DNA of 64,000 nucleotides from an uncultured Candidatus Saccharibacteria bacterium (GCA_964532005.1 CAZHER010000003.1:21399-85398), one strand, 5' to 3'. Positions 37,028 to 46,740 are shown, counted from the stretch's first letter. A program made the numbers and translations. The notes: generated by a model not told the origin, from the letters alone.

Positions 37028-38476
37028 CTAATAATTTTTGCACTCGATCTGATTACACATGTAGCCTGTGTATCCTTTGGGCGGATTGTCAAAAACTGCT
37101 TTTAATGTGAAAGCATCGAATGTTTCGCTGACTTCATATACATAATCTTTGCCAGTGCGCGGGTCTTTAGGAATATCTGTCATAAATCGCGGAACCAAAG
37201 ATAGTTTATAGCTTTCTTCGGTTGGAAATACTTTTCGTTCCGGAGCAGTGATGTCTATATTACTATCCGAGTATAGACCCAAGGCTAAGGCAATATTTTC
37301 AACGTCGCGTTTTCTCTTTTCGTCGTTGGCGCTGGCATTGTTTTTAATTTGATCCAGTTCAGCTTGCTGACTTCCGTATTTAATAACTAAATTTTGCGTT
37401 TCGCTGAAGTATAGAAGAGTAAATTCTTGGTTATTGTTGGAGGCTACATAGCCGTAAACATATTTGTCTTTGTTTATAGGATCGTCGTAGTTGGTTGCGA
37501 CCGCCACATAAGATTTTACTTGGCTGGCCATATCTGCAAAGCTGTCAGTAGCTGGATAACTGCCTCTTGCAGACTTGTATTTCAAGAGACCAGCAGCAAT
37601 CTTTTGAATCGTATTGGATCTTTGGGTATCCCTAGCCAGCTTGGCTGTTGGTGACTGGTCTATAGATGAATCTATATCAGAGCTATCAGTAGGCATGTCA
37701 ATTGAAAGATCGGTAAACTCATATTGCTTTAACGCATCAGCTCCTAATGTTTTTATTGTTGGCTGGTGCAGACCCTTGCTTTTTATTTTGTCTTTGATTT
37801 CCTGAAGTTGCGTTTCGCTAAATTTTACATTAGTTGTAATATCATATCCTCCCCGAGCGAAGTCGGAATCCTTATAATCTTCCCCGGAATTGGTGCGGTC
37901 GGTCAAAGGACTTCCTCCAAAAACATGGACTTCATCTCCGTCAGCCAAGCCATCAGAATCACTGTCAGAATTATTAGGATCGGTTTTGCTGTTGTATTCT
38001 TCTAAATTGTTTAAACCGTCACGATCGGGATCGGCGTTGTCTGCGCACACTGTTTTATCTTGGCAGTCTTCTGAGCTAAAGTATCTTTTTTGCCATTCAA
38101 CAGGAGTTGTAACATCGCCTTTAATCTCTTCATCATTATCTCTATCAGAATCCGAATTGTCTTCGTTTACTGCTACATTAGTATCGTTGCTTTGATTCTG
38201 TTGTTTGGCATATTTATAACCAAAATAACCAAATACACTCAGTACAACAATAGCTAAAACAACCACAACAATCATCACAATTTTGCGGTTTGAGTGAGGG
38301 ATGGAAAAACCGCTTATTTCCTCGTTTTCCATTACAGGTGTTGCCGAAGATTTTGTTGAACTAACAGCGGGCTGTTTGGAAATTACGGATGGCCCAGAAA
38401 TATTGCGAGGCATTACATTGTAAAATGCTTCTCCTGCTTCCTCTTCTTCTGGATTTACGTTTGGTTTAGGATCCAT
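37028..38476 (-). CDS. Membrane-anchored protein with DxDxDG calcium-binding repeats and two pilin/GspG-like globular modules
   Basis: TM helix; DPDRDGL and DSDSDGL.DG.E; ARD.QR...I...L..Y...GSYP and ND.KR..D...I..AL.LY...P.DP...Y.Y. Confidence 0.75.
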   Translation of the reverse strand: MDPKPNVNPEEEEAGEAFYNVMPRNISGPSVISKQPAVSSTKSSATPVMENEEISGFSIPHSNRKIVMIVVVVLAIVVLSVFGYFGYKYAKQQNQSNDTNVAVNEDNSDSDRDNDEEIKGDVTTPVEWQKRYFSSEDCQDKTVCADNADPDRDGLNNLEEYNSKTDPNNSDSDSDGLADGDEVHVFGGSPLTDRTNSGEDYKDSDFARGGYDITTNVKFSETQLQEIKDKIKSKGLHQPTIKTLGADALKQYEFTDLSIDMPTDSSDIDSSIDQSPTAKLARDTQRSNTIQKIAAGLLKYKSARGSYPATDSFADMASQVKSYVAVATNYDDPINKDKYVYGYVASNNNQEFTLLYFSETQNLVIKYGSQQAELDQIKNNASANDEKRKRDVENIALALGLYSDSNIDITAPERKVFPTEESYKLSLVPRFMTDIPKDPRTGKDYVYEVSETFDAFTLKAVFDNPPKGYTGYMCNQIECKNY

Positions 38477-38480
38477 TGGT

Positions 38481-38849
38481 TTATAGGTTCAAAAATAGCT
38501 CTAAAAATGTAAGGAATAACACTAGACATAATTCGACCCACCAGAACAGCAACCCTTGGGAAAGTAGAATAAGCGAAGCAATTAAGAATATTCCCACCAA
38601 AAAAGCTTGGCGAAAACTGACCGCAAGGTTATTTATATACAAACCTTTGCCAAGTTTTAATCTTAAAACCAGCCCTAATACTGTGAACAGTCCAGTTATT
38701 GTTAAAAATAGGCTCGTATAGAAAAACGCATGAGCCATAGCCCCATCGGTAAAAGGGTCAGATAGGTATACAACCGAGATTAGAGACCCTAAACATAGGG
38801 CTGTTCCTACTGCAATTAGTGGTATGTGGCTGAGATGTTTTTCTGTCAT
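38481..38849 (-). CDS. Small four-TM membrane protein
   Basis: Four hydrophobic segments; SFRQ motif. Confidence 0.8.
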   Translation of the reverse strand: MTEKHLSHIPLIAVGTALCLGSLISVVYLSDPFTDGAMAHAFFYTSLFLTITGLFTVLGLVLRLKLGKGLYINNLAVSFRQAFLVGIFLIASLILLSQGLLFWWVELCLVLFLTFLELFLNL

Positions 38850-38882
38850 GAACTGTATTTTGCCTTTTGATTATAACACAAA

Positions 38883-41846
38883 TTAATGCAGATCACCAAA
38901 ACTACATCTATGTTGCTTGGCGAGTTTATGCTCTTTGGCAAATAGGTCGTATTTCACAGTATGTTGTATTTTTAAAGCTGTTTCTAACAACCCCGATTTA
39001 AGTTCCTCTAGTTCTTTATTGCTGGCTAACGGCACCGATAGAGTTTCATTACCATCCAAGAACCAATAGCAAAGGGATTCTACAGGCATCTTGAAATATT
39101 CTTGCGCCGCCCACTGGTATACTCTTAACTGATCCAAATCGCTCCCCTTTTTAGTACTAGGCGCCTTTCCCGTTTTGTAGTCAATAATAATTAGTCCCTT
39201 TTGTCCTTTGTCCGCACGGTCAATTTTTCCACTAAAAGTTATGAGATTACCTTTCTCCCCTAGGTCCATTTGGAAAGATTTTTCTATGAGTTCGAGTTCA
39301 GGCTGTTCTGTAATAGTTCTTTCATAGAAAATTTTGAGAAAGTTTTTTCCTTTGTTACGGAAAGCTTCCTTTTGAGGTTTGTCATCATACCATTCATCAA
39401 TCCAATATTTACCATAAAGCTCCTCTAGGGTTTTTAAAGTCGGTAGGATTATTTTATTTTCCTTAGAAAACAGATCTTGTTGGCGGGAAATTTTGGCTTC
39501 ATGGTACAGCTCCATAAAATGCTGAAAAGTTGAATGAACGGTTATACCAAAACTTAACTGTGGTGCCCCTTTCATAGGAATTTTGAGATACGATCGATAT
39601 TTGTATTCAAGTGGACAGGTAATGAACTGATTTATTGCACTGTATGAGAACCTGGTCGGGATTTGCTTGTAAACGACTTTTTTTGGCTTAGTACTAGAAG
39701 AGTTAAATACAACTTTACCAGTTGCTGTAGTAATTTTGTCGCTTGGTACAAGGTTGGTTTCTTCAAGAAATAGTGAAGGTTTTTTTAATTTTACACCGCC
39801 GTAATCTCTACCCCAAGAAAAATAAAGATTGGTTTTTGCACGAGTCATGGCAACATAGAACAGTCTCCTTTCTTCCTGTAAATGGAAATCGCCCTCAGGC
39901 AGTATGTCTTTGATTAAACTTTCAGGAATTTCTATAGTATCTTTTTTACCTCTAGTGGGAAATCGTTGGTCCACCATATTTATAATGAACACATTTTCGA
40001 ACTCCAGTCCTTTAGCTGCGTGTACGGTCATAATCTTTAATGATTCAGGTCCGGTGTTCGGATCATATTTAATTGGGCCTTCTTCACCGGCTTTGATTTC
40101 CAGATCTAAGTGATTAACAAAACCTCTTAATGTGTGGTCGTCGTTCTCTTGGCTGTACAATTCTATTCTTTTATAAAATTGATCCAAAAATTCACGTTGT
40201 TCAGCATTTTCCAATGTTTCTTCCTCAAGCATTTCTGCTACACCCAGGTCCCCAACAATGTTCACAAACAGTTCAATTGCCGAAATAGAGCCAGTTTGCC
40301 CACTGTGTTTTTGTATCAAGGCAAGAAGCGATTGAATTTTAGTTTCACTTTCTTTTGTGAGTACTGAAACGGCTTCCCTATGCTTTAACGATTCATAAAG
40401 TGAAAGCGTGTGTTTGGCTGAATATTGTGTCAATTGAGCTAAATCATTTTTATCTACAGCGAATTTTGGAAATTGTAGGACGCGGAACAGGCTTTGTGAT
40501 TCATGGTAATTGTCTAGTAATTTCATATAATGTATCAAATCGGATACAATCCGTTTTTTGTACAGACCCTTGTTAGCCATGAAATTATAAGGAATACCTG
40601 CAGAATCCAAGCGTGGCAACACTTCTTCTGCTGCTGAGTTAGCACGGATTAGTATTGCAAAATCGTTCCAGGTTAATTTATCTTGATTTGATTTCAGTTC
40701 CAGAATTTTTTTTATTACCAGATCCAGTTCTTCACTAAGATCTTTGCCTTCTAAAACCTCAATTTTTCCTGTTTTTTTACTAGATTTGTTTTTCAGCCGT
40801 TTGTCTATACCCAGCTCTGTCTCAAGTCTATTTGGGTTGTTTTTCTGGATAAAGTTATACGACAGATCCAAAATAGATTGGCTACTGCGGTAATTTTCTG
40901 TTAGGGTAATCTCCTCAGTTTGTGGAAAATCTTTTTTTAGTTTGAGTATGTTTGAAACTGAAGCCCCACGAAATTTGTATATTGACTGGTCGTCATCGCC
41001 AACAACCACCAATTGCGGGACATGTTCACCACCTCCGGACTCAGTCAGTAATTTAATTAGTTCATATTGAGCATAGTTTGTATCCTGGAATTCATCAATT
41101 AGTACATATTTGAATTTTCTGCGGTATCCTGCCAGTATATTTGGTCTACGCACAAAGAGTTTTATTGCATAGTTTATCAGATCTCCAAAATCTAAATATT
41201 CATTATCTAGGAGCATTTTTTGATAAAGGTGAAAGCTTTCCGCTACTTCTTTTGCTCTGCTAGCTTCAGTGGATTGCTTAATATTTTCTGGGTTTGGTAG
41301 TAGTTCGGCGCTTCCTGTATTTAGTCTAAGTCCTTCGGCGTATTTCAAATAATCTTCCGGATCAATTAGTTCATCTTTGCACTTGCTGAAATGGTCCAAT
41401 AAAGCATCTATAAATTTGTTTGGAGAACCTATGGGTTTGTAGTAGTCGAGCTTAAATTTGTCGAAATTTTTATGGATCAAAATCCATTGCTGTACATTGT
41501 CCAAAAGCTTAAATTCATTGGAAATACCAATATCTAGGCCATGTTGCTTTAGTAGTCGTTCGCAAAAGCTATGGAAGGTAGAGATCCATAAATCATAGTT
41601 TCCCAGTGGCAAGAGTTGGTCAACTCTTTCTTCCATTTCCCCCGCTGCTTTTTCTGTAAATGTAAGAGCTAGAATTTCGTCAGGCTTGGCCAGGCCTTGC
41701 TCTATGAGGTAAGCAATTCTGCGAGTAATCACGGTAGTTTTTCCTGTTCCCGCGCCCGCTACAATTAATAAAGGTCCGCCAGTATGAGTGACGGCCTTTA
41801 GCTGCTGTTCATTAAGGTTTTCTAGCAAATGACCCATATCTGCCAA
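38883..41846 (-). CDS. UvrD/PcrA-family helicase with C-terminal PD-(D/E)XK (RecB-like) nuclease
   Basis: AGAGTGKT, DEFQD, VGDDDQSIY.FRGA, TVHAAKGLEF and EERRLFYVAMTRA, then GKIDRAD...IIDYKTG and QL..Y. Confidence 0.93.
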   Translation of the reverse strand: MADMGHLLENLNEQQLKAVTHTGGPLLIVAGAGTGKTTVITRRIAYLIEQGLAKPDEILALTFTEKAAGEMEERVDQLLPLGNYDLWISTFHSFCERLLKQHGLDIGISNEFKLLDNVQQWILIHKNFDKFKLDYYKPIGSPNKFIDALLDHFSKCKDELIDPEDYLKYAEGLRLNTGSAELLPNPENIKQSTEASRAKEVAESFHLYQKMLLDNEYLDFGDLINYAIKLFVRRPNILAGYRRKFKYVLIDEFQDTNYAQYELIKLLTESGGGEHVPQLVVVGDDDQSIYKFRGASVSNILKLKKDFPQTEEITLTENYRSSQSILDLSYNFIQKNNPNRLETELGIDKRLKNKSSKKTGKIEVLEGKDLSEELDLVIKKILELKSNQDKLTWNDFAILIRANSAAEEVLPRLDSAGIPYNFMANKGLYKKRIVSDLIHYMKLLDNYHESQSLFRVLQFPKFAVDKNDLAQLTQYSAKHTLSLYESLKHREAVSVLTKESETKIQSLLALIQKHSGQTGSISAIELFVNIVGDLGVAEMLEEETLENAEQREFLDQFYKRIELYSQENDDHTLRGFVNHLDLEIKAGEEGPIKYDPNTGPESLKIMTVHAAKGLEFENVFIINMVDQRFPTRGKKDTIEIPESLIKDILPEGDFHLQEERRLFYVAMTRAKTNLYFSWGRDYGGVKLKKPSLFLEETNLVPSDKITTATGKVVFNSSSTKPKKVVYKQIPTRFSYSAINQFITCPLEYKYRSYLKIPMKGAPQLSFGITVHSTFQHFMELYHEAKISRQQDLFSKENKIILPTLKTLEELYGKYWIDEWYDDKPQKEAFRNKGKNFLKIFYERTITEQPELELIEKSFQMDLGEKGNLITFSGKIDRADKGQKGLIIIDYKTGKAPSTKKGSDLDQLRVYQWAAQEYFKMPVESLCYWFLDGNETLSVPLASNKELEELKSGLLETALKIQHTVKYDLFAKEHKLAKQHRCSFGDLH

Positions 41847-41855
41847 TAATTAATA

Positions 41856-42299
41856 TTATTTGCCCGCAATAAATCCTACCCATTGTTGCCATAAATCATT
41901 GCCCTCATCTTTATATCTGACCCAGAATCCTTGGGGGCTGATTATTTCTATGTTTTCGTATTTTTTTAACTCTAACAAATCGTTATCTCGGGTAATTAAA
42001 AAATCTGCTTTTGCTTCCACTGCGCTCTCTAAGATTTTGTTATCTTCTGGGTCCCGAACAATATTTATATTTCTTTTGTTAGCTACTATGGTAATTTGAC
42101 TGAAGAAATCGTTAAGTTCGCGTTCATATTGTGGGTTGTCTATTAACTGTGAGAGAAGTAGTTTGTTTTCTTGCAAAGTCTGTCGATTGGCAAAACTTTC
42201 AATTTTTCCAGTTCGAATTTCGTCGATAATCTGCTTTTCGTATGAATAATCATCTTTAAACCCGTCAATTATTACGTTTGTATCCAGTACTACTTTCAT
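41856..42299 (-). CDS. PIN domain protein
   Basis: VVLDTNV, RDPEDNKILE.A and ITRD.DLL motifs. Confidence 0.92.
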   Translation of the reverse strand: MKVVLDTNVIIDGFKDDYSYEKQIIDEIRTGKIESFANRQTLQENKLLLSQLIDNPQYERELNDFFSQITIVANKRNINIVRDPEDNKILESAVEAKADFLITRDNDLLELKKYENIEIISPQGFWVRYKDEGNDLWQQWVGFIAGK

Positions 42300-43096
42300 T
42301 TATCATCCTCTTTTGGGGTGGATTGGTAATTTGGACTGCGCATCCCTTCTGTTTTTGTAATGTGTGACCTGGTCAGTCCCGGATAGTCCGCGCTAAAAAA
42401 ATTAGATAAATGTACTTTCATCCCTCTTTCTGAAAGTTTTCTAATAGCCATGCCCACACAGCCTTCGAGATCATAGTCGAAATTGCGGGCTCCCTGTTCA
42501 GCTCTTTGCTTCATAAAATTGGCTTCATCCATGTTTGTTTTGTCGCGCTCGTACGTCTTGAACATTTTTAGTATAATGCCACCGACCAGAGCCTCTTTAA
42601 CGCCAGCTTGTATAAAAAGTTCGTAAATTCTATTCCATTCACCTGGCAGTTCATCAGTTTTTGGATTTGGTTCACTAAAATGAGGTCTAGGGTCATTGCT
42701 CAACGTGGGAACATAATAAAGGGTATTATCTGCTTGTTTGACTTCTTTTTGTAGGTATTCTTGAGTCTGCTGCATATTTTTATTCTCTTCAAAAATGAAT
42801 ATTGCCGGAGAATTATTTTTTCCTTTTGATATCAAAGTCCTCAATCCGCGTTCTGTTTCTTCCGCCCTGGGGAACACCTCAGCCCTGTTTGTTTCGTTGA
42901 GTTCAAATAAAGGATGAACCATTATTCGGATCATCCCACCGTATTTTGCTATTCTCTCTTTGAGTTCTAAAACATCTTGAGCATTACTTTCTAGGTCCAT
43001 TTCCAAAAAGTTTTTTTGATATTTTCTTATCTCTTGCAAGTCATTGTGTTCAGGTAAGATCTGCCCCGGTTCAATATTTCTACCTTCTACGGACAT
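42296..43096 (-). CDS. Orphan hypothetical protein
   Basis: 266-aa ORF overlapping both neighbours; VHP and GCVG motifs of unknown meaning. Confidence 0.7.
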   Translation of the reverse strand: MSVEGRNIEPGQILPEHNDLQEIRKYQKNFLEMDLESNAQDVLELKERIAKYGGMIRIMVHPLFELNETNRAEVFPRAEETERGLRTLISKGKNNSPAIFIFEENKNMQQTQEYLQKEVKQADNTLYYVPTLSNDPRPHFSEPNPKTDELPGEWNRIYELFIQAGVKEALVGGIILKMFKTYERDKTNMDEANFMKQRAEQGARNFDYDLEGCVGMAIRKLSERGMKVHLSNFFSADYPGLTRSHITKTEGMRSPNYQSTPKEDDK

Positions 43097-43604
43097 TGTT
43101 TTTTATTGGAATTAAGAATTTTTTTGGTGCCTCATCTAGGTCTATGAAATGATCAGTTAACTCTTTAATTTTTCCACTGCATGATTTTCCAAAAGCAACA
43201 GTTTCGGTGAGCTGACCAGTCATTTGCAAATATTCCAAAAGTGGCACGAAGTCACCATCGCCAGAAGCAAGCACCACAACGTCCAACTTGCTCATTTGCT
43301 TAATAATGTCCATAGCAATACCAACGTCCCAATCCCCTTTCTGATGCCCGCCGGCAAAGGTTTGAAGCTCTTTACGCTTGACCTCAAACCCAGCTTTTTC
43401 CAAAGCTTCGAAAAAGGTATGCTCTTCCGGCATATCAGCTTGCACAACATAAGCAATAGCACGAATTAGTTTGCGGCCAGCAACAGCGGTTTTTAAAATT
43501 TCGGCAAAGTTTACTCGAGATCCGTATATATTACGGGCCGAATAATAAAGATTTTGTACATCTACGAATACGCCGACGCGCTGGTCTGGGTTTTGTATGG
43601 ACAT
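43080..43604 (-). CDS. NYN domain (LabA/DUF88) protein
   Basis: FVDVQN, KGDWDV and SGDGDF motifs. Confidence 0.93.
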   Translation of the reverse strand: MSIQNPDQRVGVFVDVQNLYYSARNIYGSRVNFAEILKTAVAGRKLIRAIAYVVQADMPEEHTFFEALEKAGFEVKRKELQTFAGGHQKGDWDVGIAMDIIKQMSKLDVVVLASGDGDFVPLLEYLQMTGQLTETVAFGKSCSGKIKELTDHFIDLDEAPKKFLIPIKNNVRRR

Positions 43605-43607
43605 AAA

Positions 43608-44285
43608 TTATTTTTTAGTTTGTTCTGCTAATTCAATTAACTCTTGGCTAGCTTTTCGAGTTTTATGAAAATCATTTTTTATTCCCTCCAATGAATTCAG
43701 TTTGTATTCGTTACCATTTATAACAATGTCGGGATCATTGGCAATATACTCTAGGGTTTGTGCCGCGATTCTAGGAGGTTCTGTGAATGTTGGATAGATA
43801 TCAACCATATATAATCTCGGTTCATGATCCTTGCTAGTTGTGCCGTATATAAAATTTTTAGGTTTTTCCAGTACATCTAGCATAATCCCCCTGTCTCCAT
43901 TAAAAGAATCTTTATACAAGTCAGCCAATGCCGACAGAAACTCATCATATTGGTCGATGTATCTTTGTATATCTTCTTTGTTCAAATCAGCTTTCGGGTC
44001 AACTTTAAGACAGAATATATAAGGAGTTTCATTGCCATTTTTACCATGCCCGTATACAAGGCTAAATTCTGGCACAAACTGTCCTAAACGGGCTTTAATT
44101 AATTTTATAGCACTTTCTAGAGATTCTTTTCTTTTTTCCCACAGCATGTAACCAGCTTCAAAAGTTAGTTTAACCTCTTTTGCTATGTAGTCAGACTTAT
44201 TTTCAATTTCATATATTTCAGTAAATTGTCCATCATTAAATTTGAATTTATCCCCTTTAATGAATGGCTCGTAACCGCGTCTCAT
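43608..44285 (-). CDS. Hypothetical protein, possible atypical kinase-like fold
   Basis: IAKE, D....KNF and MVD occur in protein-kinase-like order. Confidence 0.55.
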   Translation of the reverse strand: MRRGYEPFIKGDKFKFNDGQFTEIYEIENKSDYIAKEVKLTFEAGYMLWEKRKESLESAIKLIKARLGQFVPEFSLVYGHGKNGNETPYIFCLKVDPKADLNKEDIQRYIDQYDEFLSALADLYKDSFNGDRGIMLDVLEKPKNFIYGTTSKDHEPRLYMVDIYPTFTEPPRIAAQTLEYIANDPDIVINGNEYKLNSLEGIKNDFHKTRKASQELIELAEQTKK

Positions 44286-44291
44286 ATGGAT

Positions 44292-45323
44292 TTATTCAAG
44301 TAATTTTTTACTCTCTTCGGAACTTAGTTCTGAAAGTTTTGTTTCTTCAAGCTGTAAGGTAGATGCATTTTGGATACTAGTTTGAAGCTTTGCAAAATCG
44401 TTTGTTACCGTCCCCATAGTATTGCCGGCGTTTTTTATATGATTGGCAAGGACGCCCAAATTTCGTCCAAATTTGTCACTTTCTTGGCGAATCCCACCCA
44501 CCATATGCAGAAGCTGTTCTGCTACCTCATTAACCTGCTGTCCTCGCAAAGCTAGCAAAATTATTTGCAAATGATGGTATAAGGTGTTTGGACTGACTAA
44601 GTATACTTTTTTATTCCTGGCATATTCCATGGTCGCCAGGTCTTCCAGCGCTTCATGGAAAACCCCCTCACTTGGAATGTACATAAGAGCAAAGTCAAAA
44701 GTGTTTTCCTGGGGAAGAATATACTTTTTGTGAATTTCGTCGATACGCTTTCTTACGTCCCGTAAAAATGCTTTTTTTAGGTTTTCTGCAGCAGAGTCTT
44801 CTTTGGCTTCTTTAAACAATCTGAAATTTTCCATGGAAAATTTGCTATCAATGGGAAGAATTTTATCTCCCACCATTACTATCATGTCCACAATTTCACC
44901 ATTTTTGAACTTGTATTGTGATTTGTACGAAGTTTTATTCAAAACTTGGGACAGCATATTTTCTAGCATTTCCTCCCCAAAGTTTCCCCGTGCTTTCGGC
45001 GAAGCCAAAACCTCCGACAGGCGACGTATATCTGGTCCTATCTGCGACATCTCACCAAGCCTACCCTGAAGATCACCAATCACTTTCGCTGCATTGTCTA
45101 GTCTTTGGTTGATTTCTTTGTTTGTGTCATTGATAGTTTTTTGCACAGTGTCTCTGGTCGCGTCAGTCCCGGATTTAATGTCCTTCATCCATTCCATCAT
45201 CATCTTTAGAGTATCACTGTCTTTTGGTTGGTCCAGTTTGCGCTTCAAACTAAAAACTACGGTAATCAAAACCGCAAAACCTGCCACTAAAAGCCCGATA
45301 ATTGCATAAAGCACACCCGTCAT
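44292..45323 (-). CDS. rmuC: DNA recombination protein RmuC
   Basis: RG.FGE..LE, PIDSKF, KKYI.P and DFA.MYIPSE motifs. Confidence 0.93.
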   Translation of the reverse strand: MTGVLYAIIGLLVAGFAVLITVVFSLKRKLDQPKDSDTLKMMMEWMKDIKSGTDATRDTVQKTINDTNKEINQRLDNAAKVIGDLQGRLGEMSQIGPDIRRLSEVLASPKARGNFGEEMLENMLSQVLNKTSYKSQYKFKNGEIVDMIVMVGDKILPIDSKFSMENFRLFKEAKEDSAAENLKKAFLRDVRKRIDEIHKKYILPQENTFDFALMYIPSEGVFHEALEDLATMEYARNKKVYLVSPNTLYHHLQIILLALRGQQVNEVAEQLLHMVGGIRQESDKFGRNLGVLANHIKNAGNTMGTVTNDFAKLQTSIQNASTLQLEETKLSELSSEESKKLLE

Positions 45324-45398
45324 ATCTTTAATTATATCAGGTTTGACTTGTAAAAACTATATATAATTTTAAATACCAGCTTTTGATCCCTTGACAAA

Positions 45399-45425
45399 TT
45401 AGCACTCTCAGTGATAGAGTGCTAA
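45399..45425 (+). promoter_or_regulatory. CIRCE element (HrcA operator) overlapping the Hsp20 promoter
   Basis: Perfect TTAGCACTC-N9-GAGTGCTAA; TTGACA at 45391-45396. Confidence 0.97.
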
Positions 45426-45461
45426 TAGATATAATATTATTAAAAAAGAAAGGAAAAAAAT

Positions 45462-45875
45462 ATGGCTTTTGACTTAATGCCGCGTTCCTTCTGGAACATC
45501 CCTTCCCGACTTCCTATCTTTGATGAAGACGAGGATTGGAAATCTTTCTTGCCGTCTTCAGGCTTAACAGTTTCTGAAGACGACAAAAGTGTGTATGTAG
45601 AAGCAGCTGTGCCAGGGCTGGATCCTGAAAAGATCGATGTCACATACGACAAAGGTGTGCTTTGGATCCGTGGTAATAACGAAGAAAGAGAAGAAGATAA
45701 GGACAAAAAATTCTACAGAAAAGCGTCCAGTTCTTTCTCTTACAGAGTGGCTATCCCAGGAAATGTAGATGAACATGCAGAGCCCGAAGCTGTATGTAAG
45801 AATGGGGTAATGAAAGTAAGTTTTGCTAAAGTTCCAGAAACCGAGCCTAAAAGGTTAAGCGTTAAAACTGAATAA
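45462..45875 (+). CDS. Hsp20/alpha-crystallin small heat-shock protein
   Basis: E.A.PG...EKIDV, F.Y...IP and NGV..V motifs; CIRCE upstream. Confidence 0.95.
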   Translation: MAFDLMPRSFWNIPSRLPIFDEDEDWKSFLPSSGLTVSEDDKSVYVEAAVPGLDPEKIDVTYDKGVLWIRGNNEEREEDKDKKFYRKASSSFSYRVAIPGNVDEHAEPEAVCKNGVMKVSFAKVPETEPKRLSVKTE

Positions 45876-45887
45876 AGCATATCAATG

Positions 45888-45927
45888 ATAAACGGGAGCA
45901 ACTTTGAAAAGAGCTGTTCCCGTTTAT
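45888..45927. terminator. Terminator hairpin after Hsp20
   Basis: ATAAACGGGA...TCCCGTTTAT. Confidence 0.75.
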
Positions 45928-45953
45928 GTTATTGAAAGTTGGGCTAGACCCGG

Positions 45954-46154
45954 CTAGACCCGGTATTTGCGGTTACCCGCAGAGCCGAGGTTTTTTATTT
46001 CCTCAGCCATTTTTTTTCGGTCCTCAAGGACCTTATCTCCCGAGATGCAAAATTCGTTTGCCCTCGGGTCGTCATTCACTCGGACTCGCCCTTCATCACC
46101 CGCCTCTACTCGTTTTTGAGGCTTATGTTCGAAAACCGAACTCTCAAATTCCAT
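45954..46154 (-). CDS. Small orphan protein (66 aa)
   Basis: ATG at 46154 with SD GAGGG, downstream of a perfect promoter; the longer ORF start lies upstream of that promoter. Confidence 0.55.
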   Translation of the reverse strand: MEFESSVFEHKPQKRVEAGDEGRVRVNDDPRANEFCISGDKVLEDRKKMAEEIKNLGSAGNRKYRV

Positions 46155-46205
46155 ATAATCCCTCACTTCAAAAAAAATTTGCCACAAGGCTTTTCTAACT
46201 ACTAT

Positions 46206-46234
46206 ATTATAGCACGAAATGGACATTTTGTCAA
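46206..46234 (-). promoter_or_regulatory. Consensus sigma70 promoter
   Basis: TTGACA-17 nt-TATAAT with extended TG. Confidence 0.8.
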
Positions 46235-46408
46235 TAGCCATAATAAATGGATAAAGAATATCAATAATATTTAATAAAATATATACAAAAACAGACCCCT
46301 CTAGATGGTCTGTTTTTGAACTATCAAAACTATTTGATTAAGTGGAAACCACTTATATCGTATTATAACACATCTTTTCAGTAAATCCTGTGGATTACTA
46401 AAGTAAAA

Positions 46409-46485
46409 TGGCGGACTGAACGGGACTCGAACCCGCGACCTTCCGCGTGACAGGCGGACGCTCTAACCAACTGAGCTACCAGTCC
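46409..46485 (-). tRNA. tRNA-Asp(GTC)
   Basis: Cloverleaf GGACTGG...CTGTCAC...TTCGAG...CCA. Confidence 0.97.
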
Positions 46486-46516
46486 ATATTTTAGAAACTT
46501 CTCAACAATGTGTTAT

Positions 46517-46593
46517 TGGTACCGGCGGCAGGAATTGAACCTGCGACCTAAGGCTTATGAGTCCTTCGCTCTAACCAACTGAGCTACGCCGGC
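46517..46593 (-). tRNA. tRNA(CAT), elongator Met more likely than Ile2
   Basis: GCCGGCG...CTCATAA...CCA; paired 1-72 (G-U); A31-G39 mismatch; lacks the C4-G69 pair typical of Ile2. Confidence 0.85.
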
Positions 46594-46664
46594 TCGTATA
46601 AATTCCTAACCGAGTCAGATTTCATTTACTATAGCACGAAGCCTTTCCTAAATAAAAGCTGGCT

Positions 46665-46740
46665 TGGTTGCGGGACCCGGATTCGAACCGGGAACCTCAA
46701 GGTTATGAGCCTTGCGAGCTGCCAATTGCTCTATCCCGCG
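46665..46740 (-). tRNA. Initiator tRNA-fMet(CAT)
   Basis: CGCGGG 5' end with a C1-A72 mismatch, CTCATAA loop, encoded CCA. Confidence 0.95.

Noticed and set aside
45942-45961. 10-bp tandem duplication GGCTAGACCC as a target-site duplication
   Set aside because: The copies are adjacent with no element between them; most likely local slippage.
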